The translations under genes were made by a program, and so were the position numbers. Shown here one piece after another: positions 10,862 to 20,969 of a stretch of DNA of 64,000 nt. Location of the stretch: the NCBI GenBank assembly GCA_041738235.1, contig JBGSQF010000013.1, positions 63,345-127,344 on the forward strand, written 5' to 3'. This stretch comes from Minisyncoccia bacterium. Lineage in GTDB: Bacteria; Patescibacteriota; Minisyncoccia; Moranbacterales; GCA-2747515. The number at the start of each line of letters is the position of its first letter. Within the stretch, counting starts at the first letter, position 1. Under the pieces are notes generated by a model. That model was not told the origin of the DNA and did no database searches. It was given only the letters and a program-made list of their open reading frames with translations.

Positions 10862-11308
10862 ATGAAGGCGGTTATTGAGATTCCCAGAGGGGATGATAGA
10901 AGGAGACATCTCAGTAGGGACAAGACTGGGTTCGTTGATCTGGGGCCTCTGAGAGATGTTATTCCTGTCAATGAGGGTATCATGCCGGTTCATTACGGAT
11001 ACATTCCGGGGACGCTGAATGTCAGTGATGGTGATGAGGTTGATGTTCTGGTCTTATCAGGTGCTGAATTGAGGGTTGGACAGGAAGTTGAAATCAAGCC
11101 AATTGCTATAATCATGCGAGAAGACGGGGATGATAAGGTTGTTGCCGTGGATGGATCCAAAAGAAACCTTGAGCAGTGGTGGGAGGATGTAGCAATATCT
11201 GAGAGAGAGCTGATAGAAAAATTCTTTAGCTATCACCACAAAATTCTTTCTGTTAAGGGTGCAGAGCTTGCGGTGCATTATATACATAAAAGACGCCAGT
11301 ACATATGA
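10862..11308 (+). CDS. ppa: Inorganic pyrophosphatase (family I)
   Basis: AVIEIPRG, PVHYGYIPGT, DGDEVDVLV, DDKVVAV. Confidence 0.85.
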   Translation: MKAVIEIPRGDDRRRHLSRDKTGFVDLGPLRDVIPVNEGIMPVHYGYIPGTLNVSDGDEVDVLVLSGAELRVGQEVEIKPIAIIMREDGDDKVVAVDGSKRNLEQWWEDVAISERELIEKFFSYHHKILSVKGAELAVHYIHKRRQYI

Positions 11309-11637
11309 TCACGTACGATGACTTTGAAAAGGTGGATATACGAGTAGGGGAGATTATAAAAGTAGAAGAATTTCCTGAAGCGCGAAAGCCAGCTTATAAA
11401 CTTACGATCGATTTTGGCGAGCATATCGGTGTAAAAAGATCCTCTGTTCAGGTCACAAAGCGCTATACAAGAGATGATCTTGTGGGAAAGATGGTGGTCG
11501 GTGTAGTGAACTTTCCATCAAAACAGATCGGGCCGTTCATTTCAGAAGTGCTGACATTGGGTCTTCCCGATGAAAATGGGGATGTGGCGCTTCTAGTTCC
11601 GGAAAAGAGTGTCCCGAAAGGGGGAAGGGTTTTCTAA
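11305..11637 (+). CDS. csaA: tRNA-binding protein / secretion chaperone CsaA
   Basis: DDFEKVDIRVG..EFPEARKPAYKL.IDFG..VVNFP.KQIGPFISEVLTLG. Confidence 0.9.
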   Translation: MITYDDFEKVDIRVGEIIKVEEFPEARKPAYKLTIDFGEHIGVKRSSVQVTKRYTRDDLVGKMVVGVVNFPSKQIGPFISEVLTLGLPDENGDVALLVPEKSVPKGGRVF

Positions 11638-11652
11638 TTGAAAAAAGTTTCT

Positions 11653-12071
11653 ATGGCCGATATAAACAAAAGCGCACTACTTATCTTTAATGAAGATAAA
11701 ACGAAATTCCTTGTGACCAGAAAATCTCCGGAAAGTGTGACGACACAATGGATCATGCCGGGTGGTAGTATCGAGGGGGGGAGACGATAGAAGGATCACT
11801 TGTTCGAGAAATACAAGAAGAACTGTCATGTGGGATCGATGTTTTTAGTCTTGAATTTGTTGGGGAGTACGAAGCGCCGGCAGCAGGACAAACTCACAAG
11901 ATCGTGAATATACAGCTCTATACGGGGACGATAATTGGTGTGCCGGTAGCCAGTTCTGAGATTGTTGATCTTACTTGGTTGGGGCGCGAGGATGTCCATA
12001 ATCAAGAAGCAAGTGAGATCATTCGAAACCATATCATACCGGAACTTATACAACGAAAAATTCTCAAGTAA
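11653..12071 (+). pseudogene. NUDIX hydrolase frameshifted in a G7 tract
   Basis: MADINKSALLIF..MPGGSIEG then G7 at 11775-11781; adding one G restores GGSIEGGETIEGSLVREIQEEL and an open frame to TAA at 12071. Confidence 0.8.
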
Positions 12072-12076
12072 CTATT

Positions 12077-12511
12077 ATGTGTATGACCAAGGGTAATGAC
12101 ATTATTCAGGTAGGCGCGGGTGCTGTTATCGTTCGGGACGGGAAGGTTCTTCTCGCTAAGCGAAAGGGTTCTCATGGGGAGGGTTCATACGGTACTGCTG
12201 GAGGACATGTGGAATTCGGTGAAACTCCTACCGAGACAGTCAAACGTGAAGCGATGGAAGAGTTAGGAATAGAGCTCAAGAATGTTCGTTTTGCTTCATG
12301 CACGAATATGCAGAAGTATGGAAAACACTACATTGACATTTCCTTCGTGGCAGAGATCTTGAGGGGTGAGCCGAAGATAATGGAGAGGGAGAAGATCGCA
12401 AGTGTGGATTGGTATGACCTGGAAGATCTTCCGGAACCACTCTTTGAACCTGTACGCATCGTGCTTGAAGCGATGAAGAGTGGAGAGCGGTATTTCGAGA
12501 TACATGAGTAA
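12077..12511 (+). CDS. NUDIX hydrolase (NUDT15/MutT-like)
   Basis: KRKGSHGEG..GGHVEFGETPTETVKREAMEELG. Confidence 0.9.
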   Translation: MCMTKGNDIIQVGAGAVIVRDGKVLLAKRKGSHGEGSYGTAGGHVEFGETPTETVKREAMEELGIELKNVRFASCTNMQKYGKHYIDISFVAEILRGEPKIMEREKIASVDWYDLEDLPEPLFEPVRIVLEAMKSGERYFEIHE

Positions 12512-12965
12512 TATGGAAGAATTCAAACCAAAACCTGGACAAGTGGATTTTGCTCATATCCGGTGGGCACCGGTGATCAATTATGTCGTTCGATATAAGG
12601 GGAAGATGTTATTGGTCAGACGAAGTAAGGATCTGCACTTTTATCCGGGATATTGGAATGGAGTATCGGGATTTTTGGATGACAAAAAAAGCCTTAAGCA
12701 AAAAGTGGAGGAGGAGATTCGGGAGGAGTTGGGTATTTCTCGGACACATATCCGCAAGATCTCTTTTGGGGCGATATTTCACCAAGACGCACCCAAATAC
12801 AAAAAAACATGGATCGTCCATCCAGTGCTTGTAGAGGTGGATATCGACAAGATCCAACTGGATCGGGAGGGTGTTGAGTATCAATGGGGGACATTCTTGG
12901 AGATACAAAAGTTGAGACTTCTTCCGGGATTGAGCAGGGTTATTGATGAGATAGCTAATCTTTAA
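12504..12965 (+). CDS. NUDIX hydrolase
   Basis: LLVRRS..YPGYWNGVSGFLD..EEIREELG. Confidence 0.85.
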   Translation: MSNMEEFKPKPGQVDFAHIRWAPVINYVVRYKGKMLLVRRSKDLHFYPGYWNGVSGFLDDKKSLKQKVEEEIREELGISRTHIRKISFGAIFHQDAPKYKKTWIVHPVLVEVDIDKIQLDREGVEYQWGTFLEIQKLRLLPGLSRVIDEIANL

Positions 12966-12974
12966 ACGTTGCAT

Positions 12975-13337
12975 ATGCAAACTATCGTGGTGCTTGGTGC
13001 AAGTAATAACCCTGAGCGATACTCCAATAAGGCGGTCAAGATCCTTAAAGAGAAGGGTTTTCATGTTGTTCCGGTGCACCCATTGCTCAAAGAGGTCGAG
13101 GGCTTGTCGGTTTCGGCATCACTTGATGATGTAAAGGATCCGATCGACGTCTTGTCGGTGTATGTTCGACCCGAGGTATTTTTGTCGATGATCACATCGG
13201 TTGAAGAAGTGAAGCCGAAACGTGTTATACTAAATCCTGGGACCGAATCGCCAGCTATTAAAATGGCGCTGGAGCGATCCTGCATTCCGTATCATACGGG
13301 ATGTACGATCACTATGGCGAAAAACGGGTTACTTTAG
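12975..13337 (+). CDS. CoA-binding protein
   Basis: VVLGASNNPERYS..PVHP..ILNPGTES. Confidence 0.9.
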   Translation: MQTIVVLGASNNPERYSNKAVKILKEKGFHVVPVHPLLKEVEGLSVSASLDDVKDPIDVLSVYVRPEVFLSMITSVEEVKPKRVILNPGTESPAIKMALERSCIPYHTGCTITMAKNGLL

Positions 13338-13856
13338 ATGGGCATGCAAGGAAATTCAGATGTTGTTATGAACAAACTATTTAAATTGTTGTGGGCGTAC
13401 AGACCTTCGTTCGAGGTTTCGGCGGGCTGTGTACTTGTATACCGATCGTCTTTCGGTGCTCGGTATTTGCTACTTCGTTATCCTCACGGACACTGGGACT
13501 TTGTAAAGGGTCACATCGAGAGGGGTGAGAACGAGCAAGAGGCGCTACTGCGTGAGATCGAGGAAGAAACGGGCATATCGCAGGTGGCACTCTCGGTAGT
13601 GCCTGGATTTCGGAAAGACACTTTTTATTTTTATCGCGCCAAGGGATCGGAGTATGAGAAACGTGTCCGTGTTGGTAAGAGAGGCATATTTGTTTTTAAG
13701 CGGGTGATCTACTTTCTTGTCGAAACGACGCAATCAAGTGTCTCGATATCTCACGAACATACGGATTCTGAATGGCTTTCTTATGAACAGGCGTTGGGTC
13801 GACTCACCTTTGCAAGAGCAAAAGAGATATTAAAAGGTGTTGGAGAAAAAAAGTAG
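13338..13856 (+). CDS. NUDIX hydrolase (Ap4A hydrolase-like)
   Basis: SAG..YLLLRY..GHWDFVKGHIERGE..REIEEETG..SHEH. Confidence 0.88.
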   Translation: MGMQGNSDVVMNKLFKLLWAYRPSFEVSAGCVLVYRSSFGARYLLLRYPHGHWDFVKGHIERGENEQEALLREIEEETGISQVALSVVPGFRKDTFYFYRAKGSEYEKRVRVGKRGIFVFKRVIYFLVETTQSSVSISHEHTDSEWLSYEQALGRLTFARAKEILKGVGEKK

Positions 13857-13867
13857 AAAAGGAGCAT

Positions 13868-14353
13868 ATGCCACATATTCACACAAAGGAAGGGGAGATC
13901 GACTTTACAGCAGATGTTTTTGTAGTGCATAAGAATAGAGTGCTATTACGAATGCACGACAAGTACCGCATGTGGCTTATGGTTGGGGGGCACATTGAAA
14001 CACATGAGACACCAGAAGAAACAGCTGTTCGTGAGGCAAAAGAAGAAGTGGGACTTGATATAACGATCTGGTCTGGGGATCAAGAAACGGTTCCTGAATC
14101 TTTCTTAAATTCCCAGTTTCGATCGCTTGTTCCACCTATTTTTTTGAATGTTCATAAAATATCCGATACGCATAGACATATTTCGATGATCTATTTTGCG
14201 TTTTCCGATTCAGATGTTATTATAGAGCCAGAAACGCATGAAAAAAGCGGTGGATGTGTCTGGTTTAGTAAGGAGGAACTCCTTGCGGATAAGGATATCG
14301 ATGCACCGATAAAGTACTATGCGCTTAAGGCGTTGGAAGTTTTGGGGAGTTAA
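13868..14353 (+). CDS. NUDIX hydrolase
   Basis: GGHIETHETPEETAVREAKEEVG. Confidence 0.9.
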   Translation: MPHIHTKEGEIDFTADVFVVHKNRVLLRMHDKYRMWLMVGGHIETHETPEETAVREAKEEVGLDITIWSGDQETVPESFLNSQFRSLVPPIFLNVHKISDTHRHISMIYFAFSDSDVIIEPETHEKSGGCVWFSKEELLADKDIDAPIKYYALKALEVLGS

Positions 14354-14377
14354 TACTAAATTGTTGACGTAACTGCT

Positions 14378-15529
14378 ATGATCGGTACTATTGTCTTATT
14401 TTTGGTTATTTTGAGCATCTTGGTCTTTGTGCATGAGGCGGGGCATTTTATTACGGCGCGACGAAATGGTATGCGTGTGGATGAGTTTGGGTTTGGCTTT
14501 CCCCCGAGAGTGGGGGGGTTTGTAAAGAACGAAAAAACTGGAAAATGGGATTTTGTGTGGGGTAATCCTGACAAAGAGTTCGCCAATACGATCTATTCTG
14601 TGAATTGGATCCCCTTGGGAGGATTTGTTCGCATCAAGGGAGAAGATGGTTCTGGTGCGACCGATCCAGATAGTTTTGCCTCCAAATCAACATGGAAGAG
14701 GTTAAAGGTTCTGGCAGCGGGAGTAGTCATGAACTTTGTTCTGGCGTGGGTACTCTTCACTATTATTGCCATGGTCGGTTTTCCAAGAGAGGTGGACACC
14801 TCTAAGGGCATACCGGCAGGATCGTCAGTACAGATATTGAACGTTGCTGATGATACGCCGGCAAAATCCATGGGACTTCAACTGGGAGATACGGTACGTG
14901 GATTTTCTGAAGGGGGCAATATGATACCAGCAAAGTCGGTGGATACTGTAAGGAATTATATCTTGGCACATAAGGGTACATCTATTACGCTATTGATCTC
15001 AAGAGGGAAAGAGCAACTTACGTTAACAGGAACGCCTCGTGTTGAGTATAGCCCAGATCAAGGATCACTTGGTATATCTCTGGCACAAGTAGAGGTAGTA
15101 AAAACACCCTTTTGGAAAGCGCCGTGGGAAGGACTTAAACAGGTGGGCATTCTTATTTGGTTGATCCTGTCATCTTTGTGGGGATTGCTTATTGCTTTGC
15201 TTACGGGGGCTGGAGTTGCTGGGGACGTTTCTGGTCCAGTGGGTATTGCATATATGACCAAGCAAGTATCAGATCTCGGATTCCTGTACCTCTTACAGTT
15301 TATGGCCATTCTCAGCGTCAACCTCGGAGTGCTCAATATTTTGCCAATTCCAGCACTTGATGGGGGAAGGATACTATTTGTTCTCATTGAGATGATCAAA
15401 GGTTCTCCTGTGAGTCAAAAAGCAGAACAATGGATCCATTCGACTGGTTTTATAGCATTGCTCCTTTTGATGCTTGTGGTGACCGTATATGATTTTAGTC
15501 GATTCCATATATTTGATAGGTTTTTCTAG
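14378..15529 (+). CDS. rseP: RIP metalloprotease RseP (M50, PDZ)
   Basis: HEAGH, PLGGFV, GPVGIA, NILPIPALDGG. Confidence 0.95.
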   Translation: MIGTIVLFLVILSILVFVHEAGHFITARRNGMRVDEFGFGFPPRVGGFVKNEKTGKWDFVWGNPDKEFANTIYSVNWIPLGGFVRIKGEDGSGATDPDSFASKSTWKRLKVLAAGVVMNFVLAWVLFTIIAMVGFPREVDTSKGIPAGSSVQILNVADDTPAKSMGLQLGDTVRGFSEGGNMIPAKSVDTVRNYILAHKGTSITLLISRGKEQLTLTGTPRVEYSPDQGSLGISLAQVEVVKTPFWKAPWEGLKQVGILIWLILSSLWGLLIALLTGAGVAGDVSGPVGIAYMTKQVSDLGFLYLLQFMAILSVNLGVLNILPIPALDGGRILFVLIEMIKGSPVSQKAEQWIHSTGFIALLLLMLVVTVYDFSRFHIFDRFF

Positions 15530-15609
15530 TGGGTCTGTAGATCTCACAAGGTCAAGGAGGATGAGTGGAATGTTTGTATATCTCTAACTTTTTAATCTTT
15601 GCTGTTTCT

Positions 15610-16878
15610 ATGCGCCAATCAGAGCTTTTTACTAAAACGAGAAAGGATTTTCCAAAGGATGAAACAAGCTGTAACGCTCAGCTTCTTATACGTGCTGGGT
15701 ATGTGTATAAGGAAATGGCGGGAGTGTATGCTTATCTTCCACTGGGACTCCGTGTACTGCATAATATAAAGAAGATTATACGGGAAGAGATGAACTCTAT
15801 AGGAGGGCAGGAGATCATTATGACCTCGCTACAGCGCAAGGATCTATGGGAAAAGACGGATCGCTGGAGTGATGACAAAGTGGATGTTTGGTTCAAGTCG
15901 AAACTCAAAAATGGTGTGGATGTTGGTTTTGGTTGGTCGCACGAAGAGCAGATCACAGAGATGATGCATTACTATGTTTCTGGGTTTCGTGATCTTCCTG
16001 TTTCGGTATATCAATTTCAAACGAAACTTCGTAACGAGCTTCGTGCCAAAAGTGGTATTATGCGTGGACGTGAGTTTTTGATGAAGGATCTGTATTCGTA
16101 TTCACGAAATGATAAAGAACATGACATTTTTTATCAACAGGTTATTGATGCGTATCTACGAATTTTTAGGCGTGTTGGACTTGGAGATGACACTTTTCTT
16201 ACTTTTGCTTCCGGGGGTGCATTTACACAGTTTAGTCATGAATTTCAGACGATCACAGACGCTGGAGAGGATATCGTATATCTTGATCGAAAAAGAAAAC
16301 TTGCAATAAATAAAGAGGTACTGACTGATAAAGTGCTGGAGCAACTGGATGTAAAAAGGGAGGATCTCGAAGAGGTAAAGACTTCTGAGGTGGGCAACAT
16401 ATTCAGTTTTGGGGGAAAGAAATGTGAGCAGTTGGGGCTTTATTTTATGGATGAACGGGGAGTGAAACAGCCTGTTGTTCTTGGATCGTACGGTATCGGA
16501 ATTACTCGTCTTATGGGGGTGATCGTAGAAAAGTTTCATGACGAAAGGGGTATTATTTGGCCTGAGACAGTAGCGCCTTATCAGGTGCATCTTCTCAAGA
16601 TCACCTCGGGGGGCAAGCAGTCAACGAGTACGGATAAGCAGGCGGAAGAGGTGTACCAAAAACTGAAACGTTCAAATATATGGGTTCTCTATGATGATCG
16701 CGAAGGAGTGAGCGCGGGAGAAAAATTTGCTGATGCCGACCTTTTAGGTTTGCCTACCCGTATTGTGGTAAGTGATCGATCTCTTGAAGCGGGAGGTGTT
16801 GAAGTAAAGAGGCGAACAGAAAAGGAGTCCAAGATAATGTCGGTTGAGGATTTTATCAAACAATTTGCCAATAACTAG
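15610..16878 (+). CDS. proS: Proline--tRNA ligase (short form)
   Basis: LLIRAGY, YQFQTKLRNELRAKSGIMRGREFLMKDLYS, GSYGIGITR, GEKFADADLLG. Confidence 0.96.
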   Translation: MRQSELFTKTRKDFPKDETSCNAQLLIRAGYVYKEMAGVYAYLPLGLRVLHNIKKIIREEMNSIGGQEIIMTSLQRKDLWEKTDRWSDDKVDVWFKSKLKNGVDVGFGWSHEEQITEMMHYYVSGFRDLPVSVYQFQTKLRNELRAKSGIMRGREFLMKDLYSYSRNDKEHDIFYQQVIDAYLRIFRRVGLGDDTFLTFASGGAFTQFSHEFQTITDAGEDIVYLDRKRKLAINKEVLTDKVLEQLDVKREDLEEVKTSEVGNIFSFGGKKCEQLGLYFMDERGVKQPVVLGSYGIGITRLMGVIVEKFHDERGIIWPETVAPYQVHLLKITSGGKQSTSTDKQAEEVYQKLKRSNIWVLYDDREGVSAGEKFADADLLGLPTRIVVSDRSLEAGGVEVKRRTEKESKIMSVEDFIKQFANN

Positions 16879-16887
16879 TGGCACGTT

Positions 16888-16915
16888 AAAAAAAGACGCA
16901 TAAGCGTCTTTTTTT
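16888..16915. terminator. Bidirectional terminator
   Basis: A7-GACGC-ATAA-GCGTC-T7 between convergent proS and SPFH genes. Confidence 0.85.
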
Positions 16916-16953
16916 AATTTTCAAAAATAGAGTCTTATTTTTTAGGGTGTTAT

Positions 16954-17838
16954 TTATTCTTTTGTTTCCATTGAGGCGACAAGCTGTTGCATAAGGTCTT
17001 GGGTCTTTTTGATATTAGTGTCCATGAAGATCACCTTAGCGTTATTTCCCATCCCAATCGATTTGAGTGTATCAAGGTATTGCGTGAGATTCAGTATAGC
17101 GAGGATCTCACTAGAAGATTGTTTGGTTGCTTCTTGGACGGTTTCGATCGATTTCTTGAGTCCTTCAGCGATCGCTTCTCGTTCTAGGGCAATTCCTTCT
17201 CCCTGAAGACGTTTACGTTCTTTCTCTGCTTCAGCCTCTTTGATAGCTTGGATCTTTATGGCCTCCCCCTTATTTTCAGCCGCTTTGCGAAGCTGTTGGG
17301 AAGCAACTACCTCACTCATTGCGTCGGTTATGGTGGTGGGGAAGGTGACATTTGTTATTTGAAAACTGCGAATAAGCATTCCCCATTCGCTAAATTGTTT
17401 TTCGAGATCGCCTTGGATGTGAAGGGCGAGCTCCTCTTTCTTTTCGAGAATACCTTCGTGGGTCTCTTTGGCAATATAGGTTCGAAGAGAGTTTTCAATG
17501 ATGGCACCTATGGATCCGTGCGGATCAAGGAGAACATAGGTATATCGTTGTATACCATCTTCTGTTGGATTGACGGCATAGATGAGATTGGTAGTAATGT
17601 CCACGATCACTTTGTCTCCAGATGGATATTTGCCTTCATTGGAGAAATTTTGTTGACGAAGGGATACCCGGTTTGATACACGTTCAAAGAGGGGAATCTT
17701 CATATTGAAGCCTGCTGTCATAATTCGGCTGTATTTTCCCAGGAATTCGATAACATAAACATTGTTCTGTTGAACGATGCGGATACTTGTAACAAGCAGT
17801 AGTAAACACACGCCGAGGAATAGGTAGGATATGAACAT
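16954..17838 (-). CDS. SPFH/band 7 family protein
   Basis: N-terminal TM, VIEFLGKY, coiled coil AEAEKERKRLQGEGIA, TQYLDTL. Confidence 0.9.
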   Translation of the reverse strand: MFISYLFLGVCLLLLVTSIRIVQQNNVYVIEFLGKYSRIMTAGFNMKIPLFERVSNRVSLRQQNFSNEGKYPSGDKVIVDITTNLIYAVNPTEDGIQRYTYVLLDPHGSIGAIIENSLRTYIAKETHEGILEKKEELALHIQGDLEKQFSEWGMLIRSFQITNVTFPTTITDAMSEVVASQQLRKAAENKGEAIKIQAIKEAEAEKERKRLQGEGIALEREAIAEGLKKSIETVQEATKQSSSEILAILNLTQYLDTLKSIGMGNNAKVIFMDTNIKKTQDLMQQLVASMETKE

Positions 17839-18012
17839 AGAATTATATTGAGTGATTTATATTTTTAATAGTAGTCGTTCTTGGCTGAATAATCAAGCAG
17901 TTAAAAAGGGTTGGTCTTCCTATTTTTCTTGATTTTTTGGGTATTTTTCGCTATGGTGGGAGCGATGGTCATCTGAAGGGTGGCTCCGTATCTACAAACC
18001 GTGAGGTGTGCC

Positions 18013-18861
18013 ATGAGAAATTTCCGTTTGATGCTTGCAGCTCGAGTGAGCAAGGGATTTAGTGTCGTTGTCGGGCTAGATACTGAGTTTGATCGAATCC
18101 CTAAGCGATCGAACATTTGGGGGTGGGTCTACCTCCTTCTCGTGCTCATGGGCCTTCGTTGGATCGTGATCTATTGGTTCAATAGGCGTATTGTAGATGC
18201 TACGAGTGATAGTATTTGCGCCTACAAGATCAATAATGCTTTCTACGCGATGGAGGGAATGGGAGGTGTTATTGCATTGCTACTCACCGTCCGGTACATT
18301 CTTCGGGTTGCACCGGATATCCCGATACTTCTCGATGCCAAGTATGGGGATACTCGTAACACCAATGTTCGTAACGCGAGAACAGCGTTCGATGTCCTGG
18401 GTGTGGATGCGGTGACGGTGCTTCCGTACTTCGGGGGTGAGTCGCTTGAGCCGTTTCTTGAGCGGAGTGACAAGGGAGTATTCGTGACCTGTCATACGGC
18501 ATTTCCAGGGTCACAAGATTTTCAGGACAGGGTGGGTTATGAGAACGAGCCCCTCTATCGGGTTGTCGCACAACACGTCACCAGGCAATGGAATAAGAAT
18601 GGAAATTGTGCGGTGGTTGTCGGTTCGCCACAACCGTACGACTTGAGCAGGATTCGCGATGTGGTGGGCGAGATCCCAATTCTTGTTTTGGGTGAGGGTG
18701 CTAGGGCTGAGCATCTGGCGCAAACCGTCCCAGCGGGCGGATCAAAGGCTCTCTTTGGTCAATCCCGAGGCATCATCTACGCCTCGAGCGGTCCGGATTT
18801 TCCGGAAGCTGCTCATCGGGCAGTTGGAAAGCTCCAGACCCTCATTGATCAATATCGATAA
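18013..18861 (+). CDS. pyrF: Divergent orotidine-5'-phosphate decarboxylase-like protein
   Basis: VVGLD, AYKIN.AFY, LDAKYGD, DAVTV.PY.G.ESL.PFL, SRGIIYAS; several substrate-binding motifs altered. Confidence 0.75.
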   Translation: MRNFRLMLAARVSKGFSVVVGLDTEFDRIPKRSNIWGWVYLLLVLMGLRWIVIYWFNRRIVDATSDSICAYKINNAFYAMEGMGGVIALLLTVRYILRVAPDIPILLDAKYGDTRNTNVRNARTAFDVLGVDAVTVLPYFGGESLEPFLERSDKGVFVTCHTAFPGSQDFQDRVGYENEPLYRVVAQHVTRQWNKNGNCAVVVGSPQPYDLSRIRDVVGEIPILVLGEGARAEHLAQTVPAGGSKALFGQSRGIIYASSGPDFPEAAHRAVGKLQTLIDQYR

Positions 18862-18957
18862 GGGAGGACGGCTTATAGAACATGTGGGTTTGATCGAGGG
18901 GTTGCCCAGCGGGCCACCCCTCTTTCCTTTTTTAGAAAAAAGAGATACCTTGATGAT

Positions 18958-20169
18958 ATGAAGAATCAAGAAAATATTTTTTCTCAACCGCTGGCGGATC
19001 GGGTAAGACCGGGGCGACTTGATGATTTTATGGGACAGAAGAATGCCGTTGGCCCGGGGTCTTTTTTGCGTTCTGCCATTGAGACGGACGTTGTTCCATC
19101 GCTGATCTTGTGGGGCCCGCCGGGGACGGGAAAAACGACGCTTGCTCGTATTGTAGCCAACGAAACAAAGGCAAAGTTTGTTCAACTGTCGGCTACTTTA
19201 GCAGGAAAGAAAGATCTGAAAGCTGTTGTGGTTGAAGCAGAAGGATTGGTGCGGTCAGGAACACGAACGATCGTTTTTATCGATGAGATCCATCGTTGGA
19301 ACAAGGCGCAACAAGATGCACTACTTCCCAGTGTGGAAGATGGAACGGTGATCCTTATCGGCGCCACAACGGAAAATCCGAGTTTTCAAGTTAACGCTGC
19401 TTTGCTTTCTCGGTGCCGAGTCATTGTGCTCGATCGGTTGGAGGCTGAAGATATTGAAGAGATACTTTCGCGTGCACTCAAAGACAAAAAGACCGGGCTG
19501 GGAAATGTGTCCGTGAAGAAGGGGAAAGGCGTTTTGAGATTTCTTGCAAACCTCTCCAATGGAGATGCTCGGTTTGCTTTGAATGTTCTGGAAACGGCTG
19601 TGACCCAAAATACAAATCTTACAAAAGAGCTCCTCAAAAAAGTGCTTCAAAAGTCACATCTTTTGTACGACAAGAACGGTGAAGAACACTATAACATTAT
19701 TTCGGCTTTGCATAAATCGATGCGTGGAGGGGATGCTGATGCAGCGGTCTATTGGGTGGTGAGGATGCTTGAAGGTGGTGAGGATCCATTGTATATCGCG
19801 AGGCGTTTGGTACGGTTTGCGAGTGAGGACATTGGCTTGGCGAATAATACCGCTGTGCTTTTGGCCAATGCGGTCTTTGAGGTGTGCCATAAACTGGGCA
19901 TGCCGGAGTGTGGAGTGCATTTAGCACACTGTGCGATCTATCTTGCCAAGTCGCCCAAGAGTGTTTCTGCTTATGATGCCTATGAATTAGCTCGAAAGGA
20001 CGTTTTACAATACGGGAATCTTCCAATTCCTCTGCACATACGAAACGCTCCAACAAAACTTATGAAGGATCTGGGATATGGGAGGGGATATAAGTATACT
20101 CCGAAGGAAGAGAGTGCGGGACAAGAATATCTGCCGGGGCAACTTAAAGGGAGAAAATATGTGAAGTAG
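18958..20169 (+). CDS. rarA: Replication-associated recombination protein A
   Basis: PLADRVRP, WGPPGTGKTT, FIDEIHRWNKAQQDALL, ISALHKSMRG. Confidence 0.95.
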   Translation: MKNQENIFSQPLADRVRPGRLDDFMGQKNAVGPGSFLRSAIETDVVPSLILWGPPGTGKTTLARIVANETKAKFVQLSATLAGKKDLKAVVVEAEGLVRSGTRTIVFIDEIHRWNKAQQDALLPSVEDGTVILIGATTENPSFQVNAALLSRCRVIVLDRLEAEDIEEILSRALKDKKTGLGNVSVKKGKGVLRFLANLSNGDARFALNVLETAVTQNTNLTKELLKKVLQKSHLLYDKNGEEHYNIISALHKSMRGGDADAAVYWVVRMLEGGEDPLYIARRLVRFASEDIGLANNTAVLLANAVFEVCHKLGMPECGVHLAHCAIYLAKSPKSVSAYDAYELARKDVLQYGNLPIPLHIRNAPTKLMKDLGYGRGYKYTPKEESAGQEYLPGQLKGRKYVK

Positions 20170-20202
20170 GAAATATGAGTTAATGATGCTAAGAAGTTTA
20201 CG

Positions 20203-20964
20203 ATGGGCATAGGTTTTATGAACATGCAATTTATACCAATTAAAACGAGAACGATGATGCCACCGAAAGATGATATTTTTTCGGTATTAGACGAATCACT
20301 GATGGAGATCCGCGAGAGGGATATTGTGATGATCACTTGCAAGGTGTTGTCGATCCATCAGGGAAGATGTGTAAAGAAAGATGGGCAGGTGTCGCGTGTA
20401 GGGTTGGGAAAACAAGAGTCTGATTGGTATATCAATTATGGAAATGATAGAGACCATGGTCATATTCCTACGATCAAAAAGTATGCGTTTCTTGGTTCTG
20501 CAGGTGTGGATGCGAGTAATGGGAATGGGTATTTTATTCTTCCTCCGGAAAATGTTAGTGATCTTTGTCAGAAAGTGTGGGCTTATCTTCGAAAGAAATT
20601 TAATTTGAAGGAACTGGGAGTTATGGCTGTGGACAGTCACACATTGCCGTTTCGATATGGTGTGACAGGTGTGACATTGGGACTCTTTGGACTTGATCCA
20701 ATTCGTCGATATAGGTATGCGCGGGACATATTTGGAGGAAAATTCAAAGAAACAGTGAACATTGCTGATGCGCTCGCAGCCACCACGACGCTTCTATTTG
20801 GTGAAGGAGATGAAAAAACCCCGATACTTATTGCTCGGGGTATTGAAGGAGTGGAGTTTGTCCAACGGGAATCATTTTCGTCTTTGTGTGTTCCAGAGGA
20901 AAAGGATATCTTTTGGCCAATATTTCAAGTGTTTCGGAAGGGGGGGAGGCGAGAGGAGAGGTAG
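20203..20964 (+). CDS. CofE-like (F420:gamma-glutamyl ligase family) protein
   Basis: ITCKVLSI.QG, AGVDASN, DSHTLPFRYG..G, ADALAA..GEGDE.TP. Confidence 0.8.
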   Translation: MGIGFMNMQFIPIKTRTMMPPKDDIFSVLDESLMEIRERDIVMITCKVLSIHQGRCVKKDGQVSRVGLGKQESDWYINYGNDRDHGHIPTIKKYAFLGSAGVDASNGNGYFILPPENVSDLCQKVWAYLRKKFNLKELGVMAVDSHTLPFRYGVTGVTLGLFGLDPIRRYRYARDIFGGKFKETVNIADALAATTTLLFGEGDEKTPILIARGIEGVEFVQRESFSSLCVPEEKDIFWPIFQVFRKGGRREER

Positions 20965-20969
20965 TTGTA

